Source of the DNA: Utricularia gibba
Taxonomy: Eukaryota > Plantae > Magnoliophyta
Length of the DNA stretch: 64,000 nt
Direction: 5' to 3'
NCBI GenBank assembly: GCA_002189035.1
Contig: NEEC01000012.1
Span: 1,426,001 to 1,490,000 of the forward strand
The position numbers and the translations under genes are program-made. Positions 26,454 through 39,880 of the stretch are shown here, piece after piece (positions within the stretch are counted from its first letter, which is position 1; each line of letters begins with the position of its first letter). Under the pieces are notes generated by a model that worked only from the letters and a program-made list of their open reading frames with translations, searched no databases and was not told where the DNA came from.

Positions 26454-28979
26454 TCAAGATTGCAGGGCATCAAGTTGCCTCTTGAGATCCTCCAGGTCAT
26501 CAAGGGCTCCGGTGGCTCCTGCAGACACTGCAGGCGTTTGAAACTCATCGGCAACGGGAAGCTCGTGGACTAAACCAGATGGCAGAGAAGCTGATCCAAG
26601 AGAAACGAAGGAGGTTGATCAGTCACACGCAGAATAGAGCCGCAAATCATGGGGTACCTACCTGAATATGCATCCGTGCCTTGCACATAACTTCTATCGT
26701 CAACAACGCTGAATAAGCAAGGAGGTGTTAGGATGCAAACTGAAAAGAGAAGAAATTGTGCATGTGTGTGATACTTCGAACGCTACCTAATATTCCATTC
26801 ATTATCCTCATGGAGGAACTCGGGCTCTGTTGGTTCGCTAGCCTCTTTCTTTGCTTTCTCGGCAGCATCCCTGGCAGGCTTTGTTAGCGCATACTCTTTC
26901 TGCACAGCATGTACAGGGCTGTAGTTGTCTAAGGGAATTTGGAAAGTTGACAGGGAAAGTGAGACACGCAGCTCACCTGTCTCTCCAAGCAAGCAGCGTT
27001 AGAACATTGAGGATTTGGCTTCATTTCCATGGTTGGAAAAAAGTCTTTAAGGGCATTATAGCCCTGACAGCCAGGCATTTATAATGCACACATTATAAAA
27101 CAGCATTTTGAAATATGAGTATTTCCAAATTAAGATAGCAGGCTTCTATTTTGGATACCAAGTAAGGCGTGACATCTCCAAACTTCAGCAAGTACTTCAG
27201 TGAGTTTTGAACTAGCAACCCGGCAACAACTCCCTTCAAAAGTTAAATAAAATTTTAGAAAGAATGCTGCAGAAAAAGTAAGAGACAAAATGGATGAAAA
27301 AAAAGCGTACAGACCATTGTTGTAGGCAAAGATGCAGCACAAACACCTTCCCGCTTTAATGTACGCTCATCGACTCCAGAGGCAACGACCTATGGTCAGT
27401 GAGCGGTTTGGTTAGCAACAGTGTCAACTATAACAATTTAATTTCGAAAGTTGTAAATATCATTTTGGAATATTCAACTAAGAAGACCTACCAGAGGAGG
27501 TGCACATGCAAAACAAGCAGTTTGACCAGGAATCAACAACTGTATATGACCGGAAACAGCATTTTCAGACACACCTGTTAATTCACCACAAAATGATGCA
27601 GTATGTTGTAGTACAGGATATAAAAAATGAACATTTAGATCAATGAAGTGTAACCATCTTCTTGTAGGCATGCCAACTGAGAGCAAAAATAGATATTTTA
27701 CCAGACTCCATCCATGTTTGGCCAAATTCATTGCATGCCTGAACACATAAAAGCGAAAGAAGGAAAACAATTTTGAATCCAAACCTCAAAAATAATTGCT
27801 AAAAAAAGAACAAAAACATACTCAAGGATGTAAGTGTCAACCTGATTGACTGCCATTCTTGCTTCATAATTATCCACACAGCTTAAAACAAGATCAACTC
27901 CACTATCTTCCCTTCCAGGGTTTCTTAGACTTGAAATGAACGTTTCAAAACCTTGTACTGTTGTTATGTTCAAAGTGTAGCTCTGAGAAATAAAATAAAT
28001 AATCAACGGTCAAAATCTCTGAAAAGAAAGTCTACGAAAGGGAGAATTTCATGGAATGTACCTCAAGCACAACATCTGGATTTATGCCAGAAAGCGTTTC
28101 AACAGCAGCATCTGTCTTAGTCATTCCAACCTGTAAGAATCCCAATACGAATTTTCAAGGATAATACCTACTAAATAGCTAAACTTATCTTCATGCAATA
28201 TTGCGTACACAAACATTTGATTTGAACATTTGCATAATGGAAAACAAACTATATACAGATTAAATCATCAATATCATTTCCGTGTGTTCTGAGCTCTGCA
28301 TTATGAGCCCTTAGATACCTGATCTGGACGAAAGAAAAGCCTATTCATGTTAGCCAATTCCACTTTATCATAGTCATACAGCAGTAGACGACCGATTCCA
28401 CACCTAGTTAGCATCTCTGCTGCAACACTTCCCACACCACCGATACCCTGAAAGTGAAAACTTCAGGAGGAGATATCCATAAAAGACTCCAAGATGTCAA
28501 AAGGGTATAAGATACAGACAACTATGGCAATTGAAAATTCACGAATTTTTTCATAGTTAGCCACAATTCCCATCCTTTGAAGAGCCATGAGTCTACTGTA
28601 AGGGTTGCTGTCGACCACCTCAGCACTCATATCCTGCATAACAGGAGAAACGTTAATGTGTTCATCAAAAAAATGCAGTGTGTGGCACAACAAAACAAAC
28701 AATAACCTTGATTTTGGGACGTTGCTTATTCACTAACTTCACATTTGAATGAAAATTCCGTAAACTTGACTGAATCTGCAGGCACAAAGTACTTAATCAG
28801 GAAAAATCGAAATGCAATACTTAGACAATCAAGGCAACATCAGCCTCGAGATTAACGATCAGCAGCAACAACAACCAAATAAAAATTACCCTATCAATTG
28901 ACGCTTTTTGTGACGCATCGGGCAACGAATCCTTGATACATTGCAGATCATCGCATATGCTAATGAACTCATCCTCCAT
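26454..28979 (-). CDS. UBA5: Ubiquitin-like modifier-activating enzyme 5 (UFM1 E1)
   Basis: [63 protein letters not shown], catalytic [34 protein letters not shown]. The traced exons splice in frame. Confidence 0.95.
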
Positions 28980-29651
28980 TTCTACAAAAAAACACTCGTC
29001 AAACCTAGAAATTGCAACACCGCTTTATATCAGCCACCGTTCGTTACCGGATCGGAGCCTACGACCGAAAATTCAGCCCCGGCGGTGGTGAAGTTTTCAC
29101 AAAGTACCGAAGTATCTCAAATTTGAGGAACGGCGGAGTAGAGGTCAACGTAAAAGACTGAAATAAATAAAAATGCCTCTATTTTCCAAATATATCTTCA
29201 TACAATATTAATTTTATCTTTTCAAATTATTTATAATTTTAACTAAAATTTTTGATAATATCTTATATAGTGATTTATAATATAATTCCATTTAATAATT
29301 TTTAATATTATATTTTTAATAAACACAATTTAAATAAAATGATTGATAATTAAATAAATCTAGTTTTATCAAATAAATTGATATTTTAAACTTGTTTATC
29401 ATTTCTTTAGATTAGAAAGAATAAAAATAATATAGAGAAAAATGATAAGAATAAAATGTTGATAACTCTTTCAACTGACAATAAAAATGAAATAAAATTT
29501 TTAAAAAATCTAAAGTAATAATAAATGAGTTGGAAAAAAAATGAATATAGAATAATGATGAAAAAAATAATAATAATAAAACGTTTAATTGCAAATTTTC
29601 ATCTAACAATCAAGTTTGCCGATTTGGTTCCTATAATTTAGGATGCTTTAA

Positions 29652-29846
29652 GGCTTTGTTTGGTTGATTCGATGTTGGTAAGTTTAAATTATAATATGTA
29701 GGTATAAAAATAATAATACATATTCCTATATGAGTATAATGATAATTATACCTGTATAAATGATATAATTATACCTAAAATTCAAATAACATAATTTTAT
29801 TAAATATATCATAAATCAACCTTATACTTTCATATCAAATATGGCT
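29652..29846. mobile_element. Tourist-like MITE with TAA target-site duplication
   Basis: taa|ggctttgtttgg ... tcaaatatggct|taa; decayed TIRs. Confidence 0.45.
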
Positions 29847-32047
29847 TAAAATATTTGCATCCAAACTACAAACTCAAGATAATTGTATAAATACATCAAT
29901 AATGTGAGCGGGTGACGAGCGATGCATTAGTCACAAAAATAAGCTTCGAAATATATTAATAGCATTAATTACTATTTATTTTATATTAATTGGTGATAAA
30001 AAAATATAATTTAAGATGTTTTTCAATAGATGTAATTTGTACAAATTCTATATGAGAAGGTTAAGATCTACTTCGATGAAAATAAAGCAAGATTGAAAGA
30101 TATGTAAGATCTAAAATAATGTTACTTGAGAAAAAGGAACAAGACCATTTGAAAAGTAAAAGATATGCACATGGTTTTGTAGTGGAGCATTATGACGAGT
30201 AATGGAATACGAAAAACCATGTATATTTTAATCAATGTTGCTCATAGCACATACACACATGAGAGATGACATGCTTATAAAATTTCTCTTCATAATTAAA
30301 AGAATTATGATCAAAAGAATTGTTATTCCCTTTTCATAAACAAACCACTGGGGTCAGTTATTGATGAGTTGTTTTATAACAATAAACTAGCTTTTAGCTA
30401 TTTTGAAAAAAGCATCCCTAATTGAAATTTTGATAAAATAAGAATTTATATGTTTGAAAATGTTTTTTAATAATAATTATTATAGAATTTGTTCATATTT
30501 GAAATGTAAAAAATATTAAAAATAATTTTTATACATAAATGAAAAATTATATTGTATAAATGATATTATTATTAAAAATATATAAAAATGTAAATTTAAA
30601 TAAATAAATATATATATATTAAATTATAATTTAAAAATCAAACTATTTCAATAGTTTGTTTGAATTAAATAAATATTATTAAATGTAACAAATAATTTAT
30701 TTAAAAATCATGTTGATTATAATTATATATATATAATAAGTATAATTGTAAATTCAACCGTTGTAAAAATATGAAATCTCTGAATTAAATAAATTTATAA
30801 GCATAATTCATATAAAAACATATTTTAAAATACTGGTACTTGTAATGCATTTTTTAAATATTGGTTTACATAATAATTTTACTTTTAATTCATACTCTAA
30901 ACTAAAAGATTGCAAACAGAATCAGTCAACAAAATGAAACCTAAATATAGAAAGTAACAAGTTCAGATTTAATACCAAATAAAACAATAATGCTTTACAA
31001 TGTTTTCAGTGGTACTGTAAGCAAATTTTCCTTTTAAAGTAACTTTATTTCTAGATATCTACTATTTATGACTTCCCTATTATTGCTATCCTTAACTGAA
31101 ACTACTATCGGTAAAGCTAATTGTTTATGCCCCTTCGTGTAGCGTGCCACCCCAACTTATTAACATAGAATTTGGTCCATTTTTATAAATAAATTTGTAA
31201 ATAATCTAAACATCATTAAAATATTAACAATCGCAAATACAAAATCTAAATTATAAAAAAATATGATAATTTTATATCATCAAAATACTCGCAAGGTATG
31301 TGGTATCAATCGATTTTATATGTAACTATCCAAACTCTTATCTTATATAAAATAATAACAAGTGAAATGATGATTAGTCATCGACGGAGAAGCATTGGAG
31401 CAATAAAAGCTCTCATATGAAAACGTTGTTCAATAAACAACTTCATCACGACAATTGGACTCATATGAAAACCTTGATCAATTCATCACCACATAAAAGC
31501 CGATGGTCAGTGATATTAAATCCTAAAAAAAAGTGTTATTGGGTAATTGAAAAAATCAGCAGCGTGTTACATTTAAAATTATTGTATTAATACTTAAATA
31601 TTATTACAATACAAAAAAAGTGTTTGACTCGACTAATTGTCTAATTCCATTATCCAAATTACATAAATTCATTAATTGTGTTTATTTATCATAAATATTA
31701 TTAAAGTGTTAATAAATAATAAAATTTTGAATATTCTACAATAGAACATGGAGAACACGATTGAGAGCTAATTGAAAAAATTTATATTTTATTTTTCTTA
31801 CGGATTTTATATCATATTTTTTAATATATTTAATTATATATTTGATATATAATATTTAATTTGAGTGATTAATTGTATCTAAGTCCAATTTCTTATTATA
31901 TTTTTTACGGTTTAGGTCAGTAAGCAAATAGCGTAACCCTGGTTTTTATGTCACTCTCCTCACTTCTCTCGAACGCCATTTTTTTTACGTAGGAAACAAC
32001 ATCAACGGCCGGACAGACAATGAATCTATCGGCTTGTAATCGGTACA

Positions 32048-32071
32048 TGTTATCGGAGATTTCCGTGTAAT
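32048..32071 (+). promoter_or_regulatory. 7-codon upstream ORF (MLSEISV*) in the putative BOR 5' leader
   Basis: ATG TTA TCG GAG ATT TCC GTG TAA lies upstream of a predicted leader intron (32130-32250) and the main ATG at 32255. The transcription start is unknown. Confidence 0.5.
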
Positions 32072-32254
32072 CTACCTCTCTAAATCGGCATCTCCTCCGG
32101 CGATATATTTTGCCGACCGGACAAGAAGGTCGATGTTCACCTCTTGTTCTTCATTGGAATATTGAAGGCAGGTTCTGTGTTGATTGCAATATCCATTCAT
32201 TTTTTGCCTCACGGAATGAATGCGGCTTTACATTTCGATCTCTTTTACAGCACA

Positions 32255-35200
32255 ATGGATCAAATGAAGACTCCGTTTTCAGGAATTATTCGTGACGTTA
32301 AGGGACGACTGGCATGCTATAAAACGGATTGGCTTAGTACCTGTAATTCCGGCGCAAGGTTTGCCGTTTTCTTTATCCCAAGCACTAGACGAGTTCGGAA
32401 TCCGTTTACGATAGATTGACTTTTTACATACTTCGTACCTGCCAACTTGAAAATTTGTCTTGTTCTATCATTACGTACGAATTAGCACAATCGGTACAAT
32501 TATTCTATATTAAGAATCATTTGGAAAAAAACTCAGGAGAACCAGAATTTTTCCGTTCTTAATTACTCATCATGAAGGTCATAGGCAAAAATCCATTTCA
32601 AAGTCTTGTAGCTCAGGTTTGTTTTTCTTCTTCTGTTTAATGTTCAGGATTTTGGCTCCAACAGCTTACATTTTCTTTGCTTCTGCTCTTCCTGTGATTG
32701 CCTTTGGAGAACAGATCAGCAGGGAAACAGGTTGATATGTATATTGTACTGGTGCTGTACCTTTCAATTTTATTTAGATTATCAAAATTTTCTGGTGATT
32801 TCTCTACTAACCGTTCATGCTGAAACGCAGATGGACTCTTGAGCCCTGCTGAGACACTTATCTCAACTGCTCTTTGTGGGATCATTCACTCAGTACTTGG
32901 TGGACAACCATTGCTGATTCTTGGAGTAGCTGAGCCAACCATTATCATGTACTCCTATTTGTATGATTTTGCCAAAAGCAACATTGGAAAGGACCTTTAC
33001 TTAGCCTGGGCTGCCTGGTAAGTGGGCCGAATTCTGCGTAAAAATAGATTACCCGAGCGTAATATTATCATTTTGATGCGCAGGGTCTGCGTTTGGACAG
33101 CGTTGTTGTTGTTTCTTCTTGCCATCTTTAATGCGTGCACGATTATCAGTCGATTTACGAGGGTCGCAGGGGAACTTTTTGGCATGCTAATTGCTGTTCT
33201 TTTCTTCCAAGAGGCCATCAAGGTGCAAGTCTCTCTTCTGGCCTGAGACTGATTTTGAAGTTTGTATTATGTATGTAAGCTGATGCAAACACTGTTAAAG
33301 GTGACTGACTAATCATAGTTGTTCGTCATGACAGGGGGTGATTAGTGAGTTCGACATTCCCAAAGGTGAGAGTCCTGCAGGGGAGGAATACCGCTTTCCT
33401 TGGCTATATGTCAATGGCTTGCTCTCTGTTATATTCTCCATGGGCGTACTGCTCACTTCGCTATATAGCCGAAAAGCTCGTTCGTGGCGTTATGGCACAG
33501 GTATGCGGCAGATTAGTTCGTTCTAATCTAAGAAGAGAAATGCCATTTTGCTATGTTGTGTTTTTGGGCAGGCTGGTTCAGGAGCTTCATTGCCGATTAC
33601 GGAGTCCCCCTCATGGTCGTGGTATGGACGGCGCTATCTTACAGCGTACCGGGTGAAATCCCGACCGGAGTTCCGAGAAGGCTCACTAGCCCTCTTCCAT
33701 GGGTGTCGACCTCATTGCAGCATTGGACTGTAAGCAAGGTGTGAGGTTTAGTTTCTAAAACATACACCTATGACCTTTCATGTTTCTTTTTCAACGTTTC
33801 CACTGTTAAAACCTTAGACACGTTATACAAAGTGAAACATTTCTGGACACTAAAACTTCGGAAGAAATGAAGGACTCACCGATTTATTCTGCAGGACATG
33901 GGAAGAGTACCAGTGGGGTTCATTTTTGCTGCATTTATCCCAGCGGTGATGATTGCCGGTTTATACTTCTTTGATCACAGCGTGGCTTCTCAAATGGCTC
34001 AACAGGAGGATTTCAACCTGAAAAATCCTTCTGCTTACCATTATGATATCTTCATCCTTGGAGTCATGGTACAATACAATAACTTGTTTGTTCTCAGCCT
34101 GCTTTACCTTGCTTCACTTCCAAGCATACTATCACATTGCTTTTCATTGTTATCTCCCTGTGATACTAGACATTATTGTGTGGAGTACTTGGAGTCCCCC
34201 CTTCAAATGGAGTACTACCTCAGTCTCCGATGCACACAAGAAGCCTGGCAGTCTTCACAAAGCAGGTACAGATAGATGCAACATATTCTGATACCATCAT
34301 GATCTCCAATCACGTAAGATTTAGACACGTCCCGCCCGGTTCGCCTAGATGCTACGAAGGAAAATGGTGAAATCCGCTAAAGAGGGAATGAAAGAAAACG
34401 CTAGCCAATCAGAGATCTACGGCCGGATGCATGAAGTTTTCGTAGAGATGGAGATCCGCCCTGAAGTACGTTCTGAGGTATCCTCCATTTTGTCTCTGCA
34501 ATTACAGTTCACAGCAGCTTGTTCTTCTTTGCTGCAGGAATCTGCGGACAGGGATCTGGCTAACTTGAAGGAGGCCGTACTAAAACACGATGATGACGAT
34601 GATCAGTCCAGCGACTTCGATCTGAAAAAATGCATAGACCAGAACCTGCCGGTCCGAGTGAATGAGCAACGGCTGACAAACTTCCTACAGTCGCTACTCG
34701 TCGGCGTCGCCGTCTGTGCCATGCCGGTGATCCGAATGATCCCCACATCCGTCTTATGGGGCTACTTCGCCTACATGGCGATCGACAGCCTCCCCGGCAA
34801 CCAGTTCTGGGAGAGGCTACTTCTCCTCTTCGTCCCACCCAGCCGTCGATTCAAGTACATCTTCTTTTTCCAAACCAACTCAAACATGAAAACTAACATT
34901 CTTCTTCCTCTTATTTGCGCAGAGTGATCAAAGACTTCCACGCGTCGTTCGTGCAGTCCGTTCCATTCAAATACATCTTCATGTTCACAATGTTTCAGTT
35001 GGGGTACCTCGTCGTCTGCTACGGGATCACTAAAATCCCCGTTGCGGGAATACTTTTTCCGCTGCCCTTCTTCCTCTTGATAACCATAAGAGAGCACTGG
35101 CTGCCCAAGGTGTTCCCCTCTCATTACCTTCAGCAACTGGACGCCGCCGAGTACGAGGAGGTTGTCGGGCACAGGCCCAAGGTGCTCGCTCATTCACTCT

Positions 35201-35431
35201 CTCACTCACTCGCTTACTCTCCGTTAGCAGTAGTAGATGGTTCCCCTCTCATTATCTTCCTTCGATGTGGAACAGGAAGGAGAGGAGACGGAGAGTGAGA
35301 TCGAAGAGGGGTATCTCAACGACGTGACTAGCGCGGAGATACTCGACGAGATGACCACCCGACGCGGCGAGCTGAAGCTCCGTTGTCTCAGTGCGGCAAA
35401 GCGCAGCCTCACAATCGGGAAAGGAGCGTGA
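32255..35431 (+). CDS. BOR: Borate exporter, SLC4/HCO3- transporter family, clade II (BOR4/6/7-like)
   Basis: [134 protein letters not shown]. Confidence 0.95.
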
Positions 35432-36335
35432 GTTTAATTAAGCGACCCCAAACCCAATTCTTTTAATCCCAATTCCCATACACTATACTTTCTGATTTTA
35501 GGAAGATACTCGAAAAAATATATATCATGCTCAATTTAATAAAATTGAATTATTAGTTATCAATGAAAAGATGCGCGTAAAAAACGGATCACACGAAAAA
35601 TGGTCATTTGATAAATAGATAATTAAATAGCTGATAATTTTTGAAATGCCAAATTTTAAAAAATGACTATTATCACTTTTTTCATACACATTTAGACAAA
35701 ATATTAAATATAGGATATTCATTTTTATCAGTTACCTACTTTTCTATACACACATTGTCTTTTTTTTTTTTTTTTCAATCCAAATAATCAAAACGAGATG
35801 TCTTACATTCTTATCCTCTAATGTAAAGTTTTGTTTCAAAACTTGTTCCAATAAAATCTAGACAATACAATTTTCCCTTCTCATATAAACTCTAGACAAT
35901 ACAATTTATTGCACTAAATCCTATTTAAGATTTACTTAATTCTTTTTTAGAAAAAAATATTTCTAATAAAATAAAAATTAAGTCATTACAATTTTATAAA
36001 AATATTTAAAACTTTTTTTAAAAAATTTTTAAAAAAACATTATGGTTACAAAAATATCATAGATCCAAATAAGAGTTGGAGAAACCCAATTTTGTATGTG
36101 CCTGCCTATAATTCGAAAAGCTCGATAACGGTCGGATTTCGCGGAGATTCAGTGAGGGAGGGAGAAAATGAAATGTCTCGGGACACGTGTATCACGTGTG
36201 AACACATCCAACGGCCCAGATCATCGCGTCAGATTGAAGCAACTGCTGCCTGCATAAATTTGAAAATTGCGACTCATAAACCGCTCTCTCGCGTACGTCT
36301 CGAGCTCTCTTTCTCGAACTTGCTCTCATCGATCG

Positions 36336-37855
36336 ATGGTGAGTTTCGTGCTTCTTCTTGCCTTTTTATGTCAATGTCTTTCGAATTACCTAATTCTTCT
36401 ATTCTCTGTTTTTTACTTGCAGGCGTTGCCCAATCAGCAGACCGTCGATTATCCAAGCTTCAAGCTTGTACTTGTTGGCGATGGTGGCACAGGTACTGAT
36501 GTTTTTTGGTTTTGTATTCGGTTACACGTTGATTTTTTTCAGTATTCTTGATTGAAAGTAGGTAATCACTGCGATTTGCGTGTTACGAACATGGTGCTGC
36601 TGAATTTTGGAATGTTCGTATTGTTTGGACGTAGCGTGTTGATGTTGAAGTGTTAGGGCTTTGTTGATAATTTTTAGGATATGCTTGATGTCATTGGAAA
36701 TCGAAAATTGGTTTCTTTAACTAGATGTTTGGAATCGTCTTTTGTTGTTTTTTGATGCAGGGAAAACCACTTTCGTGAAAAGGCATATCACTGGTGAATT
36801 CGAGAAGAAATATGAACGTAAGATTTTCTGTTAGTTTGACCTGGGGTTGTTAAATTTTAAACATTGTAAACCATCTGATTTCTGTGCCGTAAACAGCCAC
36901 CATTGGAGTGGAAGTTCATCCATTGGATTTCTTTACCAACTGTGGGAAAATCCGATTTTATTGCTGGGACACCGCTGGTCAGGAGAAATTCGGTGGTCTC
37001 CGTGATGGATATTAGTAAGTAATTGCTCATAGATGAAAGATTTTTTCCGAAATTGATAACTGAGAAATCCGATTTTCCATTGTCGTAAATGCAAACAAGA
37101 AAGTAGACTTCGTCTGTACGTTATGAGCTACTGCCTAAGCTAGAGAGTAACATGTCATTAATTCAATATTGCAGCATCCATGGACAATGTGCTGTAATCA
37201 TGTTTGACGTAACTGCTCGACTAACATACAAGAATGTTCAAGTGTGGCACCGCGATCTCTGCAGGTAGTTGTTGGTATCTTATTCCATTTATCAGAAACT
37301 TTCTGGGTTGTGACACAAAAGTACATTTTATTTTTTTGCTGATTTCAGAGTGTGCGAGAATATCCCCATTGTACTCTGTGGGAACAAGGTAGATGTAAAG
37401 AACAGGCAGGTGAAGGCCAAACAAGTCACCTTTCATAGAAAAAAGAATCTGCAGTACTATGAAATATCTGCGAAAAGCAACTACAACTTTGAAAAGCCTT
37501 TCCTTTACCTCGCCAGGAAGCTCGCAGGGTATATCTGCTTCAGCATGGTCTTCCCTATACATCTCCAGGAAACATGAGAAGCAAAGCCTTGCTGATAATT
37601 TCTACTTTTTTTTACTTGCAGTGACCCTAACTTGCACTTTGTCGAGTCCCCTGCGCTTGCCCCACCAGAAGTGCAAATTGATTTGGAGGCGCAGAGACTG
37701 TAAGCTATTGAAAAGACTGTTCCATTCTTATCTTTGACGATTGATAATGGAAGAATCCTCATCTCTTTGGTCTGTCTGTATCCAGGCATGAAGAGGAGCT
37801 TCAGCATGCTGTAAGTCAGCCACTCCCAGACGATGATGATGACGCGTTCGATTGA
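36336..37855 (+). CDS. RAN: Ran small GTPase (the first coding exon contains only the ATG)
   Basis: ATG at 36336-36338, then intron, then [63 protein letters not shown] and acidic tail DDDDDAFD*. Confidence 0.97.
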
Positions 37856-38024
37856 ATACGTGCATTTGTCTTTTCGGCCTTCTCTTTTCTTCTTGTTAGG
37901 TTTCATATCTTCTGACTGGAAATACCAGGGATTTTCAATGGAAACACAAGTTCCCTTCACACATATATCGAGCTTGGTTGCCTTTATTGTTTTTCCTCTT
38001 TTTTTTTGATAGTTGATCCCGTGT

Positions 38025-38882
38025 TTACTTACCATAGAGGGCTTTGATTCCAGCAATGTCATCCGCACCGATGCCTTTGACCATCCCAGATCTCACAGAC
38101 GGATACATAAGCGATGAACTGACTTGGCTATGGCCGAGGCCGAGGGTGTGCCCTATCTCATGCGCCGCCACGGTCATTACATCGAATCTACCAGTAACTG
38201 GGGTGGTGCCCGTGGACCATGCCTCCGCCGCGTCCAAGTGGCACCGGGCATCCCTGGGAGCAAAGGCATGAGCCAGGATCCCACCCGGACCATCGAAAGG
38301 GGCTCCATCTCCATGGTTACCCCTGTAGTAGCCCACGTTTATGTCCGCCCGAGTTCTCCCCCGCACCTGGTTGAACTTGAAGTGGGTCGCATCCGCCCAG
38401 GCCCGAAAGGCTCGGCCGATTGCTGGCCTGGCCGCCGTCGGAACATTGGAAGCGTACTTGTAAGTTAGAGTGGTTTTGGATGGCGGCCAGCTCCTGTTCC
38501 CGGAGAAGAATGAGTAGTGAGCTACCGTGTGCATGGGGTTGGTCTGGTTCCCGTTGGATTCCCTCAGGTCCGCCCACCCGCATCTCGGGCGCATCATGGC
38601 CGCCGCCGTGCCCGCGTCCAGTGTCCCGGTTTCTCTGATCCGGAAGAATCGCTGGTAGGACTTCACGGCGTCGACCACGTTGTCGTCGAACTCCTCCTGG
38701 TCGTTGCCGGCGTGGTGGAGATACCCGAATTCCTCAAGGTACTTCTTCAGCTTGGTGATGCCCTGAGCCTTGCTGCCCCTGTGAGCTCCCTGTAGCTCCC
38801 CGATGAACCCAAATGGGGAGCAACTCACATCCTGGAGCAACAACACGAAGAGAAGGAACTTGGCAGCCATGATCACTCCCAC
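38025..38882 (-). CDS. Matrix metalloproteinase (M10/matrixin), intronless, 285 aa, no C-terminal anchor
   Basis: Signal-peptide-like N-terminus, cysteine switch PRCGWAD, zinc motif HEIGHTLGLGHS, Met-turn LMYP; ends GIKALYGK*. Confidence 0.95.
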   Translation of the reverse strand: MGVIMAAKFLLFVLLLQDVSCSPFGFIGELQGAHRGSKAQGITKLKKYLEEFGYLHHAGNDQEEFDDNVVDAVKSYQRFFRIRETGTLDAGTAAAMMRPRCGWADLRESNGNQTNPMHTVAHYSFFSGNRSWPPSKTTLTYKYASNVPTAARPAIGRAFRAWADATHFKFNQVRGRTRADINVGYYRGNHGDGAPFDGPGGILAHAFAPRDARCHLDAAEAWSTGTTPVTGRFDVMTVAAHEIGHTLGLGHSQVSSSLMYPSVRSGMVKGIGADDIAGIKALYGK

Positions 38883-39880
38883 TGCAATGAGAAAGGCGGC
38901 TCATCTGCATGATGGCATTTATAGCAGCACTTGCAGATCCTGTTGGTTGTTTGAAGAAAACTGGGCCTGGGGAGAGTCACTCCCAACCTTAACGTGAGGT
39001 GTGGATAAAGTGGGGTAGGAGTGGAAAGTAGTACCAAGTGGGACTCCATCTTCAAAACTGGATCAGGGTGCTTTGCTTGTTGAAGAGAAGCAGTTAGGTA
39101 TGTTGGGCGATGCAATAAATAGCCAGCCGGTGCTTGGAGTGCAAATTCCAGGGCATTGAATTCCATATCGAGACCGGATCAGTGTGTTAAGACATCTGAG
39201 AAAAACATTTCTTCACTTGTCCCAGTGGACCATGCAGTTTTCCAGATAGTTATCAATCAGAACTTGAGGATCGAGGTGGGCTGGAATGACTTCCTTCAGT
39301 TCATGAATATAGAGAACAAAGTTAAAACACAGGTTAGATAGTGAAACAGTAATTATTACATTTTAAATTTCGATTATTTCAATTTAAAAAGAATATCCAT
39401 TTATGATATATATTTAAAATGAAATTTTAGGAATCAATAATATAAAATATCTATTGCACACTTCATTTGTAGGATTATTTCAATATAAAAATAAGATTGA
39501 AAGATTTACATAATAAAAGATATTATTCAGACTAATTAAACAAACTTAACATAAAACTCTCCAATAAATACCTCATTCTCTCAATCATTAAATATGTATT
39601 TATCAAATTTCTATTTTATTTTTTTATATTTACTTTTAATGTTTAATTTAAATGATTTAGTGTATGTTTTTCTGTTTGAAAATATAATTAAACATTTTGT
39701 ATAAAAACCAAACACTTCTTTTTAATTACAAAGACTTAACATGTTTTTATCATATTGTTAATAATAAAATAATAATTTTCTAATATATATTATCTTATGT
39801 TATAATTATGTACTTTTTTAAAAAAATAAAAATAAAAGTAGCGTCCCTCAATCGACATTACTGAAATCTCCTCTTTAGGG

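Noticed and set aside
30000-30260. Possible MULE transposase debris (WSIMTSN resembling YGIMTTN)
   Set aside because: A single short motif in very AT-rich sequence is too weak to call.
34450-35400. BOR sorting motifs: YGRM kept, acidic dileucine absent (DQNLP), TRRGELK lysine kept
   Set aside because: This pattern is what I recall for clade II BORs, so it is not unusual.
38873-39341. ORFs upstream of the MMP and an 11-nt match (gcatggtccac) to the MMP coding region
   Set aside because: No protein similarity, and an 11-nt match is chance level, so there is no evidence for a second MMP copy.
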